Virus record (IMG/VR): IMGVR_UViG_3300037119_002018
Span: 1-30,844 of that record
Reading direction: 5' to 3' (one strand)
DNA: 30,844 bases
Source: a virus
Lineage: Duplodnaviria > Caudoviricetes
Shown: positions 1 through 8,576 of the stretch, piece after piece
Layout of the letters: each line of letters begins with the position of its first letter
Numbering within the stretch: the first letter of the stretch is position 1
The notes under the pieces: model-generated
Database searches by the model: none
What the model saw: the letters and a program-made list of their open reading frames with translations, nothing else
What the model was told of the DNA's origin: nothing
Position numbers and translations under genes: made by a program

Positions 1-3
1 AAG

Positions 4-240
4 TTGGTTGACTTCACACACAAGAGGACCGGCCGCACTGTCACAGTCGGAGAAGGGCTAGCCGACCGCTACCGGAATTCGGGTCGGTGGACCGAACTTA
101 CAACAGCTCCTTTGAAGGTCCCTTCGGGGACGGTCTCCGAGGTGCTCGCCTGGGTGGGGGATGATCCTCTCCGCGCGGTGGCCGCCCGGATCGTGGAGGA
201 ACGCGGCAAGAACCGTAAGAGTCTCCTCGACGCTCTTTGA
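4..240 (+). CDS. Small phage protein, possibly virion-associated (start uncertain at the window edge)
   Basis: 78 aa; TTGA overlap with the next gene; N-terminal 'GRTVTV...RY..SGRWTE' and C-terminal 'PSGTVSEVLAWVGDD...RKSLL' resemble small actinophage head-region proteins. Confidence 0.55.
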   Translation: MVDFTHKRTGRTVTVGEGLADRYRNSGRWTELTTAPLKVPSGTVSEVLAWVGDDPLRAVAARIVEERGKNRKSLLDAL

Positions 241-509
241 TCCTCCTCATCACCGCACTGGCCGTTTTCCGGATCACTCGTCTGGTTGTTGAAGATTCAA
301 TCTTCGATGTTCCGCGGGACTGGCTTACCGCCCGAAACGAGTGGGTCGGAGCCCTGTTGGACTGTTACTGGTGTGCCGGATTCTGGGTTTCACTCGCCGC
401 CACAATCGTCTTGTACGCCACCGGGGGACTCGTCCTACCCGGTGTCGCCTGGCTGGGTTTACCGTTCGCGTTGTCGGCAATAGCAGGACTCCTCTCATCT
501 TGGGAGTAA
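237..509 (+). CDS. DUF1360-like membrane protein
   Basis: 'LAVFRITRLVVEDSIF' and 'LLDCYWCAGFWVS' (CxWC) with hydrophobic helices; position just before the portal gene is typical of actinophages. Confidence 0.75.
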   Translation: MILLITALAVFRITRLVVEDSIFDVPRDWLTARNEWVGALLDCYWCAGFWVSLAATIVLYATGGLVLPGVAWLGLPFALSAIAGLLSSWE

Positions 510-520
510 TCTCCTAACCC

Positions 521-2641
521 GTGGCACTATTCCGCCGTTCCTATCCTGTTGTCCTCACCGCCGCCGCATCCCGCATCCTCGACCCTCAAGACCCTTCGGC
601 GCGGTCGAAAGCTCCAGACGCCGCCTACCTGTACTCGTTGTATTCGGAGTTGGGTCCGGTTCACGCCGCGTTGCGCTCCAAGTTCCAAGCCGCATCGAAG
701 ATCACCTATTTCCCCGCGGTCATCGAGAACCCCGACGAGGACCCGGTCCCGATCGATGATGGGCCGGCTCGGGAAGCGTACGACCGTCTTCAGGGGCCTA
801 ACGGGGATTTCGGGAATTTCGTCGCTGAAATGGCTCTGCATTGGGAGATCCCCGGGGAAGGGTATCTGGTAGGCCAGAACCTCGACGGCGATGAGGAGTG
901 GGATATCTGGTCTCCGGTGGAATACGACGAGAACCGCCAAGGACTCCGCTCGGACTTGGATGATGATGCAGCCAAGGCGATCAAAACCGGAGACTTCATC
1001 ATGCGCTCCTGGCGGGCCCACCCGATGAAACGGTCCAAGCCTGATTCGGGGATGCGCGGGGTGGTCAGACAATGCGAACAGTACATCGCCTTTTCCGACA
1101 TGCTCACCTCCCTGGCCCAATCCCGTCTGGTCGCTCCGCTGGTCATCACCCCTTCGGAGATGGACTTCCCCACCACCGACGACAACGGGAACGCGCAGAC
1201 GTTCGGCTCCTGGCTCAACAAGGCGATGAGCGCCGCGGTGTCGGACCCACGCAACGCGAACCGGATCACTCCGATCTCCATTGAAGTGCCGTTCGCTTTC
1301 GCTGATGGGGTGAAGACGGTTGACCTGACTCGGGACATTCAGGAGTGGGTGCCGGAGGTCATGGAGCGCATCTTGCGTCAGATCGCGATTGGGTTGGACA
1401 TCCCCGCCGAGATCCTCACCGGTTTGGCGGATGTGAACCATTGGGGCCAGTGGCTCATCGACGATTCGCTGAGGTTGAACTATGTCGACCCTCTCGTCCT
1501 CGACGTGCTCGACTCGTTCACTCGAGGCTATCTGTGGCCGGCCCTTCAAGCTGCGGGGGTGGAGGACTTTGACCGTTACCTGTTCTGGCGTGACTACTCC
1601 GACCTCACCTCGAGAAGTGTCACCGCTGCCGACGCGTTGGCTTCGTTCGAAGCGCAGATCATCTCCGCTTCCGCCGCCCGCAGAACGATCGGGTTCACTG
1701 AGGGTGACGCACCCGACGAATCCGACCCGGTTCCTACTCAGACCAACCCTCTAGTGGAGGTTCAGGGTATCCCCGACACTCTCACCGCCGCTTCCCCTCC
1801 CCCCTCACTAGCCGCGATCGACCACCGGTTGTTCACCCAACTCGCCGAAGCCGCTCAAGCCTCACTGGACAGAGCGTTGGAGAAGGCCGGCCAAAGAGTA
1901 AGAAGCCAGATCCGCGGCGACTCACGACGAAGCCCCAAAGACCCTCTTGCGATGTCGATTCAGGGGCTCGACCCGATCATCGTCCCATTCACTGTGGGAC
2001 GGGCCACGGTGGAAACGTTGCAGCTCTCCGAAGAAGACCTGATACCTGAGGGGGCGTTCGACCGTTTCAGCCAACGGGCGAAGAGATTGCTCACCGAGGG
2101 GCAAGCCCAAACCCGTTCCACGTTGGAACAACTCACCGGGATCAAGCCGGAAGCCCCACCCGAAGAAGACAACTGGATCACCGCCGCTTTGGCCGGGTTA
2201 GTGGGAGGGCTCATCGGTTTAGCGCGGAGACGCCTGTTCACACCTGACCTGGAACCGGACCCCGCCGAAACCGGAGAAGTCGGAAGCACTGATATCCCAG
2301 CCTCCCTCGTCTTCGACGGCATGACCGTTGCTGGTGGGGGGGTACCCGGAGATTTCAACACTCGAGGACTCGCCACCGGAGAATACGGACAGAACCTCAT
2401 CACTACGATCGGGTTCCAAGTCGAAGAACGCCAATGGAGTGTGGGAGCGCCGACCGTACCGTTCGAACCGCACCAGCATCTCAACGGATTCCGGTTCACC
2501 TCCTGGACCGACCCGAGACTCAAACCCCCATTGTCTGCAGCATGGTTGGGAGTGGACTTCATGCACCCGTCAGACCATCGCGGCTGCGTTTGTATTGCAG
2601 ACCTGGTAGTGGTCCCTATCCCTCAGGAGCAGGTAGCATGA
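521..2641 (+). CDS. Portal protein with a C-terminal MuF-like (minor head) extension
   Basis: 706 aa; 'IAIGLDIPAEILTGLADVNHWGQW' is typical of cluster-B-like actinophage portals; C-terminal 'HPSDHRGCVC' resembles the MuF HxxCRC motif; lies upstream of protease and capsid genes. Confidence 0.8.
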   Translation: MALFRRSYPVVLTAAASRILDPQDPSARSKAPDAAYLYSLYSELGPVHAALRSKFQAASKITYFPAVIENPDEDPVPIDDGPAREAYDRLQGPNGDFGNFVAEMALHWEIPGEGYLVGQNLDGDEEWDIWSPVEYDENRQGLRSDLDDDAAKAIKTGDFIMRSWRAHPMKRSKPDSGMRGVVRQCEQYIAFSDMLTSLAQSRLVAPLVITPSEMDFPTTDDNGNAQTFGSWLNKAMSAAVSDPRNANRITPISIEVPFAFADGVKTVDLTRDIQEWVPEVMERILRQIAIGLDIPAEILTGLADVNHWGQWLIDDSLRLNYVDPLVLDVLDSFTRGYLWPALQAAGVEDFDRYLFWRDYSDLTSRSVTAADALASFEAQIISASAARRTIGFTEGDAPDESDPVPTQTNPLVEVQGIPDTLTAASPPPSLAAIDHRLFTQLAEAAQASLDRALEKAGQRVRSQIRGDSRRSPKDPLAMSIQGLDPIIVPFTVGRATVETLQLSEEDLIPEGAFDRFSQRAKRLLTEGQAQTRSTLEQLTGIKPEAPPEEDNWITAALAGLVGGLIGLARRRLFTPDLEPDPAETGEVGSTDIPASLVFDGMTVAGGGVPGDFNTRGLATGEYGQNLITTIGFQVEERQWSVGAPTVPFEPHQHLNGFRFTSWTDPRLKPPLSAAWLGVDFMHPSDHRGCVCIADLVVVPIPQEQVA

Positions 2642-2645
2642 GTAG

Positions 2646-3194
2646 ATGGATCGGTGCTCAATTGAAGGCTGCGAGAAGGTGTTGCGTTGCCGGGAATGGT
2701 GCAGCATGCATTACGAACGCTGGCGCCGACACGGAAGCCCCTACATCGCAATCCGGGACATGTCTCGCCGCGCGCCAAGAGGACGATCAGAAGGAGATCG
2801 GTTCTGGGATCGAGTCATGCGACAACCGAGCGGATGTTGGACATGGCTCGGTCACCTGCAGCGAGGGTATGGCCGGTTCTACAGAGACGACGGGCGCTCT
2901 CAGCTTGCCCATCGGGCGGCCTTCGAACTTCTTGTTGGTCCGATCCCTGAGGGGATGCAGCTCGATCACCTCTGCTTCAACCGGGCCTGCGTCAATCCGG
3001 CCCATCTTGAACCAGTCACCAACGACGAGAACATGCGCAGGGTCGCCCTCCGCAATCGGCGTGAGTGGACGACTTGCCAAGCGGGCCTACACCCTTACCC
3101 CGAGAATCGGATCGTGGAACGCTCTACCGGCAAGACACGCTGCGCCGAGTGCCAGCGAGATGCCAGGCGCCGACACGAAGCCAAGCATCACTGA
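2646..3194 (+). CDS. HNH endonuclease with flanking Cys/His Zn-binding motifs
   Basis: 'CWTWLG..RGYGRF', 'LAHRAAFELLVGPIPEGMQLDHLCFNRACVNPAHLEPVTNDENMRR'; N-terminal CSIEGC..CSMHY; C-terminal CQAGLH..CAEC. Confidence 0.9.
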   Translation: MDRCSIEGCEKVLRCREWCSMHYERWRRHGSPYIAIRDMSRRAPRGRSEGDRFWDRVMRQPSGCWTWLGHLQRGYGRFYRDDGRSQLAHRAAFELLVGPIPEGMQLDHLCFNRACVNPAHLEPVTNDENMRRVALRNRREWTTCQAGLHPYPENRIVERSTGKTRCAECQRDARRRHEAKHH

Positions 3195-3218
3195 GGTGGC
3201 CGCAGAGCAGGTCGCCTA

Positions 3219-4340
3219 ATGGCCCACATCGTCACTGATAGGGTCCGGGAAACTACTACCACCACAGGGACCGGAGCGATCGCATTGGGTGGGGCGGTCG
3301 CTAACTATCAGGACTTCGACTCTCAAATGGCGAACACGGACACGACCGTGTACGCGATCGTCCACCGGACCGTCAACGAGTGGGAAGTCGGCCTCGGAAC
3401 GTGGAACACGGGCAACACTCTCACCCGCACAACAGTGATCAGATCGTCCAACAGCAACGCTGTTGTCACCTTGTCGGCGGGGACTAAGGACATTTTCATG
3501 ACGTTCACCCCCTCCGTACGTCAACCCGGCATGAGCTTTACGGGAGCGTTGACACCGGCGACGAACGATCTTGCCGCTTTAGGTTCCGGTTCGTTGTCGT
3601 GGGCTGACCTGTGGCTCGCTACCGGCGGACAGCTCATCTGGAATAACGGTGCGGTCACCCTCGCCCACTCCACCGATCTGCTCTCAATAACCGGGGGTAG
3701 TTTCTCGACGGCGGCAGGCACCACAACCTTCCCGCAAATGTCGCTGGTTGTTGGAACGTTGATGACCACCCCGTCTGATGGTGCGGTCGAGATGGACGCC
3801 ACCAACATGTACGGGACCACCGATGTTGGCAACCGCGGATACATCCCCCTCGTGCATTACATCCGCGCTGACACGACCCGCACTTTCACGTCGAACACTT
3901 CCTCCCAAACCATTTTCAACTCACCCGCGAACGGAAGAATCACCCTAGAAACCGGCACCTACCGGTTCCAAGCTCACCTCCAATTCGCAGCGATGAGCGC
4001 CACGTCCGGGAACCGGAGCATCAACATTCTCGGAGCGGGCACCGCCACCATCGGGACTGTCGCCTGGATCGCTGTCGGCATGGATTCGGACGGCACACCA
4101 GGAGCCGGGTCGGTCGGGTTCAACGCGGCTGTCGGCTCCCCCGCCTCAGTAGTCACCGCGGCCATCGCAACGGGTTTAGGTGTTCTCCTCAACGGATCAT
4201 TCGAAGTCACAGTCGCCGGCACGATGATCCCTAGTACGGCGATGGTCACCGCTGCTGCATCCACTCTCACCCCCGGCTCATACTGGGAGATCTGGCGTAC
4301 CGGCACCACTTCGGTCGTATCTGTCGGCCAGTGGGATTAG
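3219..4340 (+). CDS. Virion fibre-like structural protein
   Basis: N-terminal 'DRVRETTTTTGTGAIALGGA' module and 'PATNDLAALGSGSLSWADLWLA' segment are recurrent in phage fibre genes; rich in Gly/Thr/Ser and beta-forming residues. Confidence 0.6.
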   Translation: MAHIVTDRVRETTTTTGTGAIALGGAVANYQDFDSQMANTDTTVYAIVHRTVNEWEVGLGTWNTGNTLTRTTVIRSSNSNAVVTLSAGTKDIFMTFTPSVRQPGMSFTGALTPATNDLAALGSGSLSWADLWLATGGQLIWNNGAVTLAHSTDLLSITGGSFSTAAGTTTFPQMSLVVGTLMTTPSDGAVEMDATNMYGTTDVGNRGYIPLVHYIRADTTRTFTSNTSSQTIFNSPANGRITLETGTYRFQAHLQFAAMSATSGNRSINILGAGTATIGTVAWIAVGMDSDGTPGAGSVGFNAAVGSPASVVTAAIATGLGVLLNGSFEVTVAGTMIPSTAMVTAAASTLTPGSYWEIWRTGTTSVVSVGQWD

Positions 4341-4343
4341 GTC

Positions 4344-5579
4344 ATGCTCGGCATCGCGCCGATCTCCGACCTCGCAATATCGTCCCTCCCCGATAACCTT
4401 TCAGGGACCGGATCTAGCACCCTCACCGGCGTAACTTCAGCCGGCACGGGGCAACTCAAACTCATAGCCACCGGCGCTTCGACGCTCACCGGAGTCACCT
4501 CGGCCGGTTCGGGAACCGTTGTCAACCCGGTCACCGGCACCGGAGCTTCCACGTTGGGAGGGGTCACCTCCGCAGGCACCGGAACCGAAAAGTTCCTAGC
4601 CACAGGCGCTTCAACTCTTACAGGAGTAACCAGCGCGGGAACCGGAGTGGAATCCTTCCTCGGGAGCGGCGCTTCAACCCTGGCAGGAGTGACTTCGGCA
4701 GGGTCGGGCGTTGTTGCGAATCCGATCACCGGTACTGGTGCGTCCACCCTGGCAGGGATCACCTCCGCGGGAACCGGGGCGGAAGGCTTCCTCGGCACCG
4801 GATCATCGACTCTCACCGGTGTCACATCAACAGGCTCAGGGGTTGTCGCCAACCCGGTATCGGGCACAGGCTCCTCGACTCTCGCCGGGGTTACGTCCGC
4901 GGGGGTAGGCGCCGAAACGTTCACCGCTACCGGTTCGACCACACTCACAGGGGTCACATCTGTCGGGACCGGCCTCGTAGCTAACCCGGTCACCGGCACC
5001 GGAACATCCACTCTGGACGGGGTTGCCTCATCTGGTGTCGGGTCGGAGAACTTCACCGCGACCGGCACGTCAACCCTCGACGACGTGACCTCGGCAGGCA
5101 CCGGAACCTCCCTGACCGGGATCACCGGTACCGGTGCTTCAACCCTCGACGGGGTGACCAGTTCGGGAAGCGCAAGCCTCAACATCACCGGGACCGGCGC
5201 TTCAACGTTGGACGACGTCACCTCTTCGGGCGCGGGTGAACTCGGGATCACAGGCACAGGCGCGACAACGTTGGGCGATGTGACTTCGGCAGGGTCCGCA
5301 GAACTGTTGATCCTCGGCGACGGGAACCTTCTCCTTGAAGATGTCACCTCCGCAGGTTCGGGGATCGTGGCTGCTCCCGGAGCGGTGGTCGGGACCGGCG
5401 CTTCAACATTGGGCCCGGTGCAATGTGTCGGATCAGGCTTCATATCCAACCCGCCACCCTCAGGGGGAGGGCCAGTCAGACGACACCCAGAAGAAGCGAG
5501 AGCGGTCCTCCGAGCCCAGTACACCAGACGCGGGGGGAGACGGGCGGGGGGAAGACCCGCACGACGAGCCGGAAGGTAG
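4344..5579 (+). CDS. Gly/Ser/Thr-rich repeat fibre protein (about 16 repeats) with an Arg-rich C-terminus
   Basis: Repeats TGxSTLxGVTSxGxG of 21-23 aa; N-terminal 'MLGIAPISDLAISSLP' typically follows DRVRET-type genes; ends RRGGRRAGGRPARRAGR. Confidence 0.65.
   Translation: MLGIAPISDLAISSLPDNLSGTGSSTLTGVTSAGTGQLKLIATGASTLTGVTSAGSGTVVNPVTGTGASTLGGVTSAGTGTEKFLATGASTLTGVTSAGTGVESFLGSGASTLAGVTSAGSGVVANPITGTGASTLAGITSAGTGAEGFLGTGSSTLTGVTSTGSGVVANPVSGTGSSTLAGVTSAGVGAETFTATGSTTLTGVTSVGTGLVANPVTGTGTSTLDGVASSGVGSENFTATGTSTLDDVTSAGTGTSLTGITGTGASTLDGVTSSGSASLNITGTGASTLDDVTSSGAGELGITGTGATTLGDVTSAGSAELLILGDGNLLLEDVTSAGSGIVAAPGAVVGTGASTLGPVQCVGSGFISNPPPSGGGPVRRHPEEARAVLRAQYTRRGGRRAGGRPARRAGR
4400..5440 (+). 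repeat. Coding tandem repeat array, 63/69-nt units
   Basis: Recurrent accggcgcttc(a/g)ac...gtcacctc.gc.gg; about 16 units counted in the protein; boundaries approximate. Confidence 0.85.
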
Positions 5580-5592
5580 GTAAAGTGACACT

Positions 5593-6720
5593 ATGAGTTA
5601 TCCGGTGCTCATCATCCCCGAAGGGATCGAATCCTCAGACGGACGCTCCTACAACGCAGGCGTCCTCTCCTGGCGGGAGACGATCCCTCTCATGTTCACC
5701 GACGAAACCACCGACGGACATGGCGGCGCCTTCCAAGTCGGAGTCATCACCAACGTCCGCCGGCAAACCTTCGAAGGGCAGACGTGGATTATCGGGGACC
5801 TCTCCTACGACATCGACGCTGAAGCCGCCGAAGCCGAACGGCTCGCCGTCGAAAACCAGATCCCCGGAGTGTCCGCCGATGTGGCTGCGATCTTCGAGGA
5901 GACCGGCGAACTAGACGAGATGGGACTTCCCGTCTTCGCCATGGTGTCCGCCGAAATCGTCGGAGCCACGCAGATTCCGATGCCCGCCTTCGGAGACGCA
6001 CGAATTCTCACCGAAACCCAAATCCCCGTCCTCGTCGCCGCGCTACCCCCTGAAGTCAAACGGGACTGGTTCAAAAACCCACAACTCGACGGCCCGACCA
6101 GGTTGACCGTCGACGGAGGCCGGGTGTACGGCCACCTCGCAACCTGGGGGGAATGCCACACCGGTTATGCCAACGTCTGCAAGACGCCTCCCAAGGGGAC
6201 CGATTACCGCTACTTCCACACCGGAACCCTCGAAGTGGAAGGGGAGAAAATCGAGGTGGGGAAAATCACGATGGACACCGGCCACGCCCCCCTCACCTTC
6301 TCAGCGACGGAAGCCCGTCAAGCCCACTACGACAACACCGGCACCTGCGCTGCCGACGTGTGCGCGGGTGAGGACGACTTCGGAATCTGGGTTGCTGGGG
6401 CTGTGAGGGAAGGGGTCGACGCTCAAATCCTGATGGCGTCCCCCCTCTCCGGTGATTGGCGGAAGATCGCCGGGAACATGGAACTGTTGGCTGCGCTTGC
6501 GGTGAACACTCCCGGCTTCGCACCACCCAGGTTGCAGGCGTCCACGTTCAACGGGGAGCAGGTCGCTTTGGTGGCTGCGGGGATCGTCCAAGAGGAAGAG
6601 CCCGACCCGCTGGCCGAACTCATAGAACGAGTCTCGGCGCTCGAAGCCAAGTTCGAAGTTCCCGACACGCCCGAACCCATCGAGGAGCAGGAGTGGGGCA
6701 AACTCGCCTCTGTCCTATGA
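5593..6720 (+). CDS. Capsid maturation protease
   Basis: 'IPEGIESSDGR', 'GATQIPMPAF', 'GRVYGHLATWGECHTG', 'AHYDNTG', 'SPLSGDWR', 'AALAVNTPGF' match cluster-B-like proteases; directly precedes the capsid gene. Confidence 0.8.
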   Translation: MSYPVLIIPEGIESSDGRSYNAGVLSWRETIPLMFTDETTDGHGGAFQVGVITNVRRQTFEGQTWIIGDLSYDIDAEAAEAERLAVENQIPGVSADVAAIFEETGELDEMGLPVFAMVSAEIVGATQIPMPAFGDARILTETQIPVLVAALPPEVKRDWFKNPQLDGPTRLTVDGGRVYGHLATWGECHTGYANVCKTPPKGTDYRYFHTGTLEVEGEKIEVGKITMDTGHAPLTFSATEARQAHYDNTGTCAADVCAGEDDFGIWVAGAVREGVDAQILMASPLSGDWRKIAGNMELLAALAVNTPGFAPPRLQASTFNGEQVALVAAGIVQEEEPDPLAELIERVSALEAKFEVPDTPEPIEEQEWGKLASVL

Positions 6721-6791
6721 GCGTTGAACGTGCCCTTGTCATCGTCCTGCTTGTCCTGCTCGTCATCTTCATCGCTACCCGCGTCTTCTGA
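6717..6791 (+). CDS. 24-aa single-TM peptide (MSVERALVIVLLVLLVIFIATRVF)
   Basis: ATGA overlap with the protease stop; strongly hydrophobic; ends just before the capsid promoter. Confidence 0.5.
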   Translation: MSVERALVIVLLVLLVIFIATRVF

Positions 6792-6794
6792 TCC

Positions 6795-6823
6795 TTGCTA
6801 ACCCTCAACTAGAGGTTTAGAGT
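6795..6823 (+). promoter_or_regulatory. SigA-like promoter of the major capsid gene (TTGCTA-N17-TAGAGT)
   Basis: Exact 17-nt spacing; the same -35 hexamer and spacing recur at 11931-11959. Confidence 0.65.
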
Positions 6824-6830
6824 CAACATC

Positions 6831-6888
6831 GACTCGGCAGCGTGTATTCGCGGGGGTCAAGCCATTCCCTACTATCGGAGGTTTGACC
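6831..6888 (+). promoter_or_regulatory. Structured 5' leader: conserved hairpin plus alternative anti-SD stem
   Basis: CAGCGTGTATTCGCGG (6838-6853) is 15/16 identical to 11972-11987; GGTCAAGCC (6855-6863) can pair with GGTTTGACC (6880-6888) over the SD GGAGG. Confidence 0.55.
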
Positions 6889-6889
6889 A

Positions 6890-8479
6890 ATGGGCGAACT
6901 GCTCAAGTCAATTTCACAGAACCCCGACCTGATCGCTGAGTTCACCGCCGAGCAGATCGCGGAAGCCCGCGCCGAACTCGAAGCGTTGTCCGCTGCGATC
7001 AAGGCCGGTGAAGTACCAGCCGGATCAGATGAGATCGCCGAAGCCGTAGCCCTTGCAGGCAAACTGACGGAACGGGAAGACGCTCTCCTCGCTGACGAGG
7101 CGCGCAAGGTCGAAGAGATCGCCGCTTTGGACGCTGCGCTCGGGATCACCTCGGAAGAGGTCGAAGAGATCGTCGCGGAAGAGGCCGGCCCGGAAGACGA
7201 AGACGAAGAGGAGTCAGAGGAGGAGGCGAAGGTCGAAGTGGTGGTGGCTTCTGCTCCCACCCTCGGCGCGATCGCCAAACTCGCTCCCCGCTCCAGCAAG
7301 CCGGTAGACCCCGAAGACCCAGAAGTCCTGGTCGCCTCCGCAGGAATGCACATGGGGGAAGTCCTCACCGCATCCTCCTACGCGGAACTCGCCATGAACG
7401 TCTGGCAGTCGGGCCCCGGTGAACACCGGATCGCTTCGGCGCCGGTACGACACAAGTACGAGGTTCGTAAGGGCGACGACGAGCACAACGCTCGAGTGTT
7501 CGCTGCGATCACCGAAGACGCACAGTCGGACATTCTGACTGCCGCCGGCGGTATCTGCGCACCCCCGGAAGTGCTGTACGGGTTCTTCAACATCGCCACG
7601 TCGGCGGGAATCCTGAACCTGCCCGCAGTGAACGCTCCCCGCGGAGCGATTTCGCTGCCGGTGTCCCCATCGTTGGGTGACATTCTGGGCCAATCCGGGA
7701 TCGCCACCGAATGGACCGCAGCGAACGACGCGTCGGAGACTCCGTCCCCGGCGACGAAGCCGGTGTACGTGTTCGACTGTCCCGACTTCGAAGACTGCAC
7801 AGTCTCGGCGTGGCCGACGATCCTCCAGTTCGGGAACTTCGCGTCCCGCTTCTACCCAGAAGCGATCGCGAACGTGACCTCGCTGGCGGTTGTCGCCGCT
7901 GCCCGCACGTTGAACGCGGCTCGGATCGCGTTCCTCCTGGCGAACGACGTGGCCGGAAACGTGACCGACACGACCGGAGGCGGGCTGAACCAGCTCACCA
8001 CCAACCTCGCCGGGAACGCCAACGACTACCGGACCACCTACGGGATGTCGCGTGACGCGGTCCTCGACGTGGTACTGCCGGCGTGGGTGCCTGACGCACT
8101 CCTCGCCGACGCGATCGCCCGGGACTCGACCACGGAGTACGGGGATATCAGAGGGAAGATCGACGGATTGTTCAACTCGCTGCGGCTTCGGCCCCAGTGG
8201 GTGTACGACCTGGACGACCAGACCGACGGTGACCTGGAGAACGTGGCGACGGTCATCATGTACGCACCGGGAACCGTCATCGAACTCGATGGTGGAACCC
8301 TCGACCTGGGAGTGGTCAGAGATTCGACGCTTAACGCTTCGAACAACTATCAGACCTTCGTCGAACCGTTCGTCGGCTGGTGTGTCCCAGGGCATGAGAT
8401 CCGCACGATGAGCATCGAAGTCTGCCCGTCCGGTGGTACCGGAGCAAGGGTGAGCATCGCTTGCTCGAACAACTCCTGA
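6890..8479 (+). CDS. Major capsid (hexamer) protein with N-terminal acidic scaffold-like region
   Basis: 529 aa; GGAGG SD; acidic coiled N-terminus; 'LTAAGGICAPPEVLY', 'LPAWV', 'TLDLGVVRDSTLNASNNYQTFVE' are typical of cluster-B-like MCPs. Confidence 0.85.
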   Translation: MGELLKSISQNPDLIAEFTAEQIAEARAELEALSAAIKAGEVPAGSDEIAEAVALAGKLTEREDALLADEARKVEEIAALDAALGITSEEVEEIVAEEAGPEDEDEEESEEEAKVEVVVASAPTLGAIAKLAPRSSKPVDPEDPEVLVASAGMHMGEVLTASSYAELAMNVWQSGPGEHRIASAPVRHKYEVRKGDDEHNARVFAAITEDAQSDILTAAGGICAPPEVLYGFFNIATSAGILNLPAVNAPRGAISLPVSPSLGDILGQSGIATEWTAANDASETPSPATKPVYVFDCPDFEDCTVSAWPTILQFGNFASRFYPEAIANVTSLAVVAAARTLNAARIAFLLANDVAGNVTDTTGGGLNQLTTNLAGNANDYRTTYGMSRDAVLDVVLPAWVPDALLADAIARDSTTEYGDIRGKIDGLFNSLRLRPQWVYDLDDQTDGDLENVATVIMYAPGTVIELDGGTLDLGVVRDSTLNASNNYQTFVEPFVGWCVPGHEIRTMSIEVCPSGGTGARVSIACSNNS

Positions 8480-8539
8480 TAACCTGAAAAAGGCTTATCA
8501 CGGCCCTAAACTGAGAGCGACGCAACTGTCGCCTCACAA

Positions 8540-8576
8540 AAAGAGAAGGCCCCTCCTAGCGGGGGGCTTTCTCTTT
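8540..8576. terminator. Probable bidirectional intrinsic terminator between convergent genes
   Basis: AAAGAGAAGGCCCCTC-CTAGC-GGGGGGCTTTCTCTTT forms a 16-bp stem (two G-U pairs on +); the minus-strand gene stop lies in the loop. Confidence 0.75.

Noticed and set aside
2646-3194. HNH gene as part of a self-splicing intron or intein
   Set aside because: It is free-standing between two intact genes with almost no flanking non-coding sequence
4400-5440. Regularly spaced repeats as a CRISPR array or DGR template/variable repeats
   Set aside because: Repeats are in-frame, degenerate mainly at third codon positions, have no unique spacers, and no cas or reverse transcriptase gene is in the window
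4337-5524. 395-aa minus-strand Pro/Val-rich repeat ORF (also 15160-15654)
   Set aside because: Antisense shadow of the Gly/Thr/Ser repeat genes; the plus frame fits the operon and has recognisable termini
7214-8395. Long minus-strand ORFs opposite the capsid and portal genes (also 527-1549)
   Set aside because: Typical high-GC antisense open frames with no motifs, fully overlapping well-supported genes
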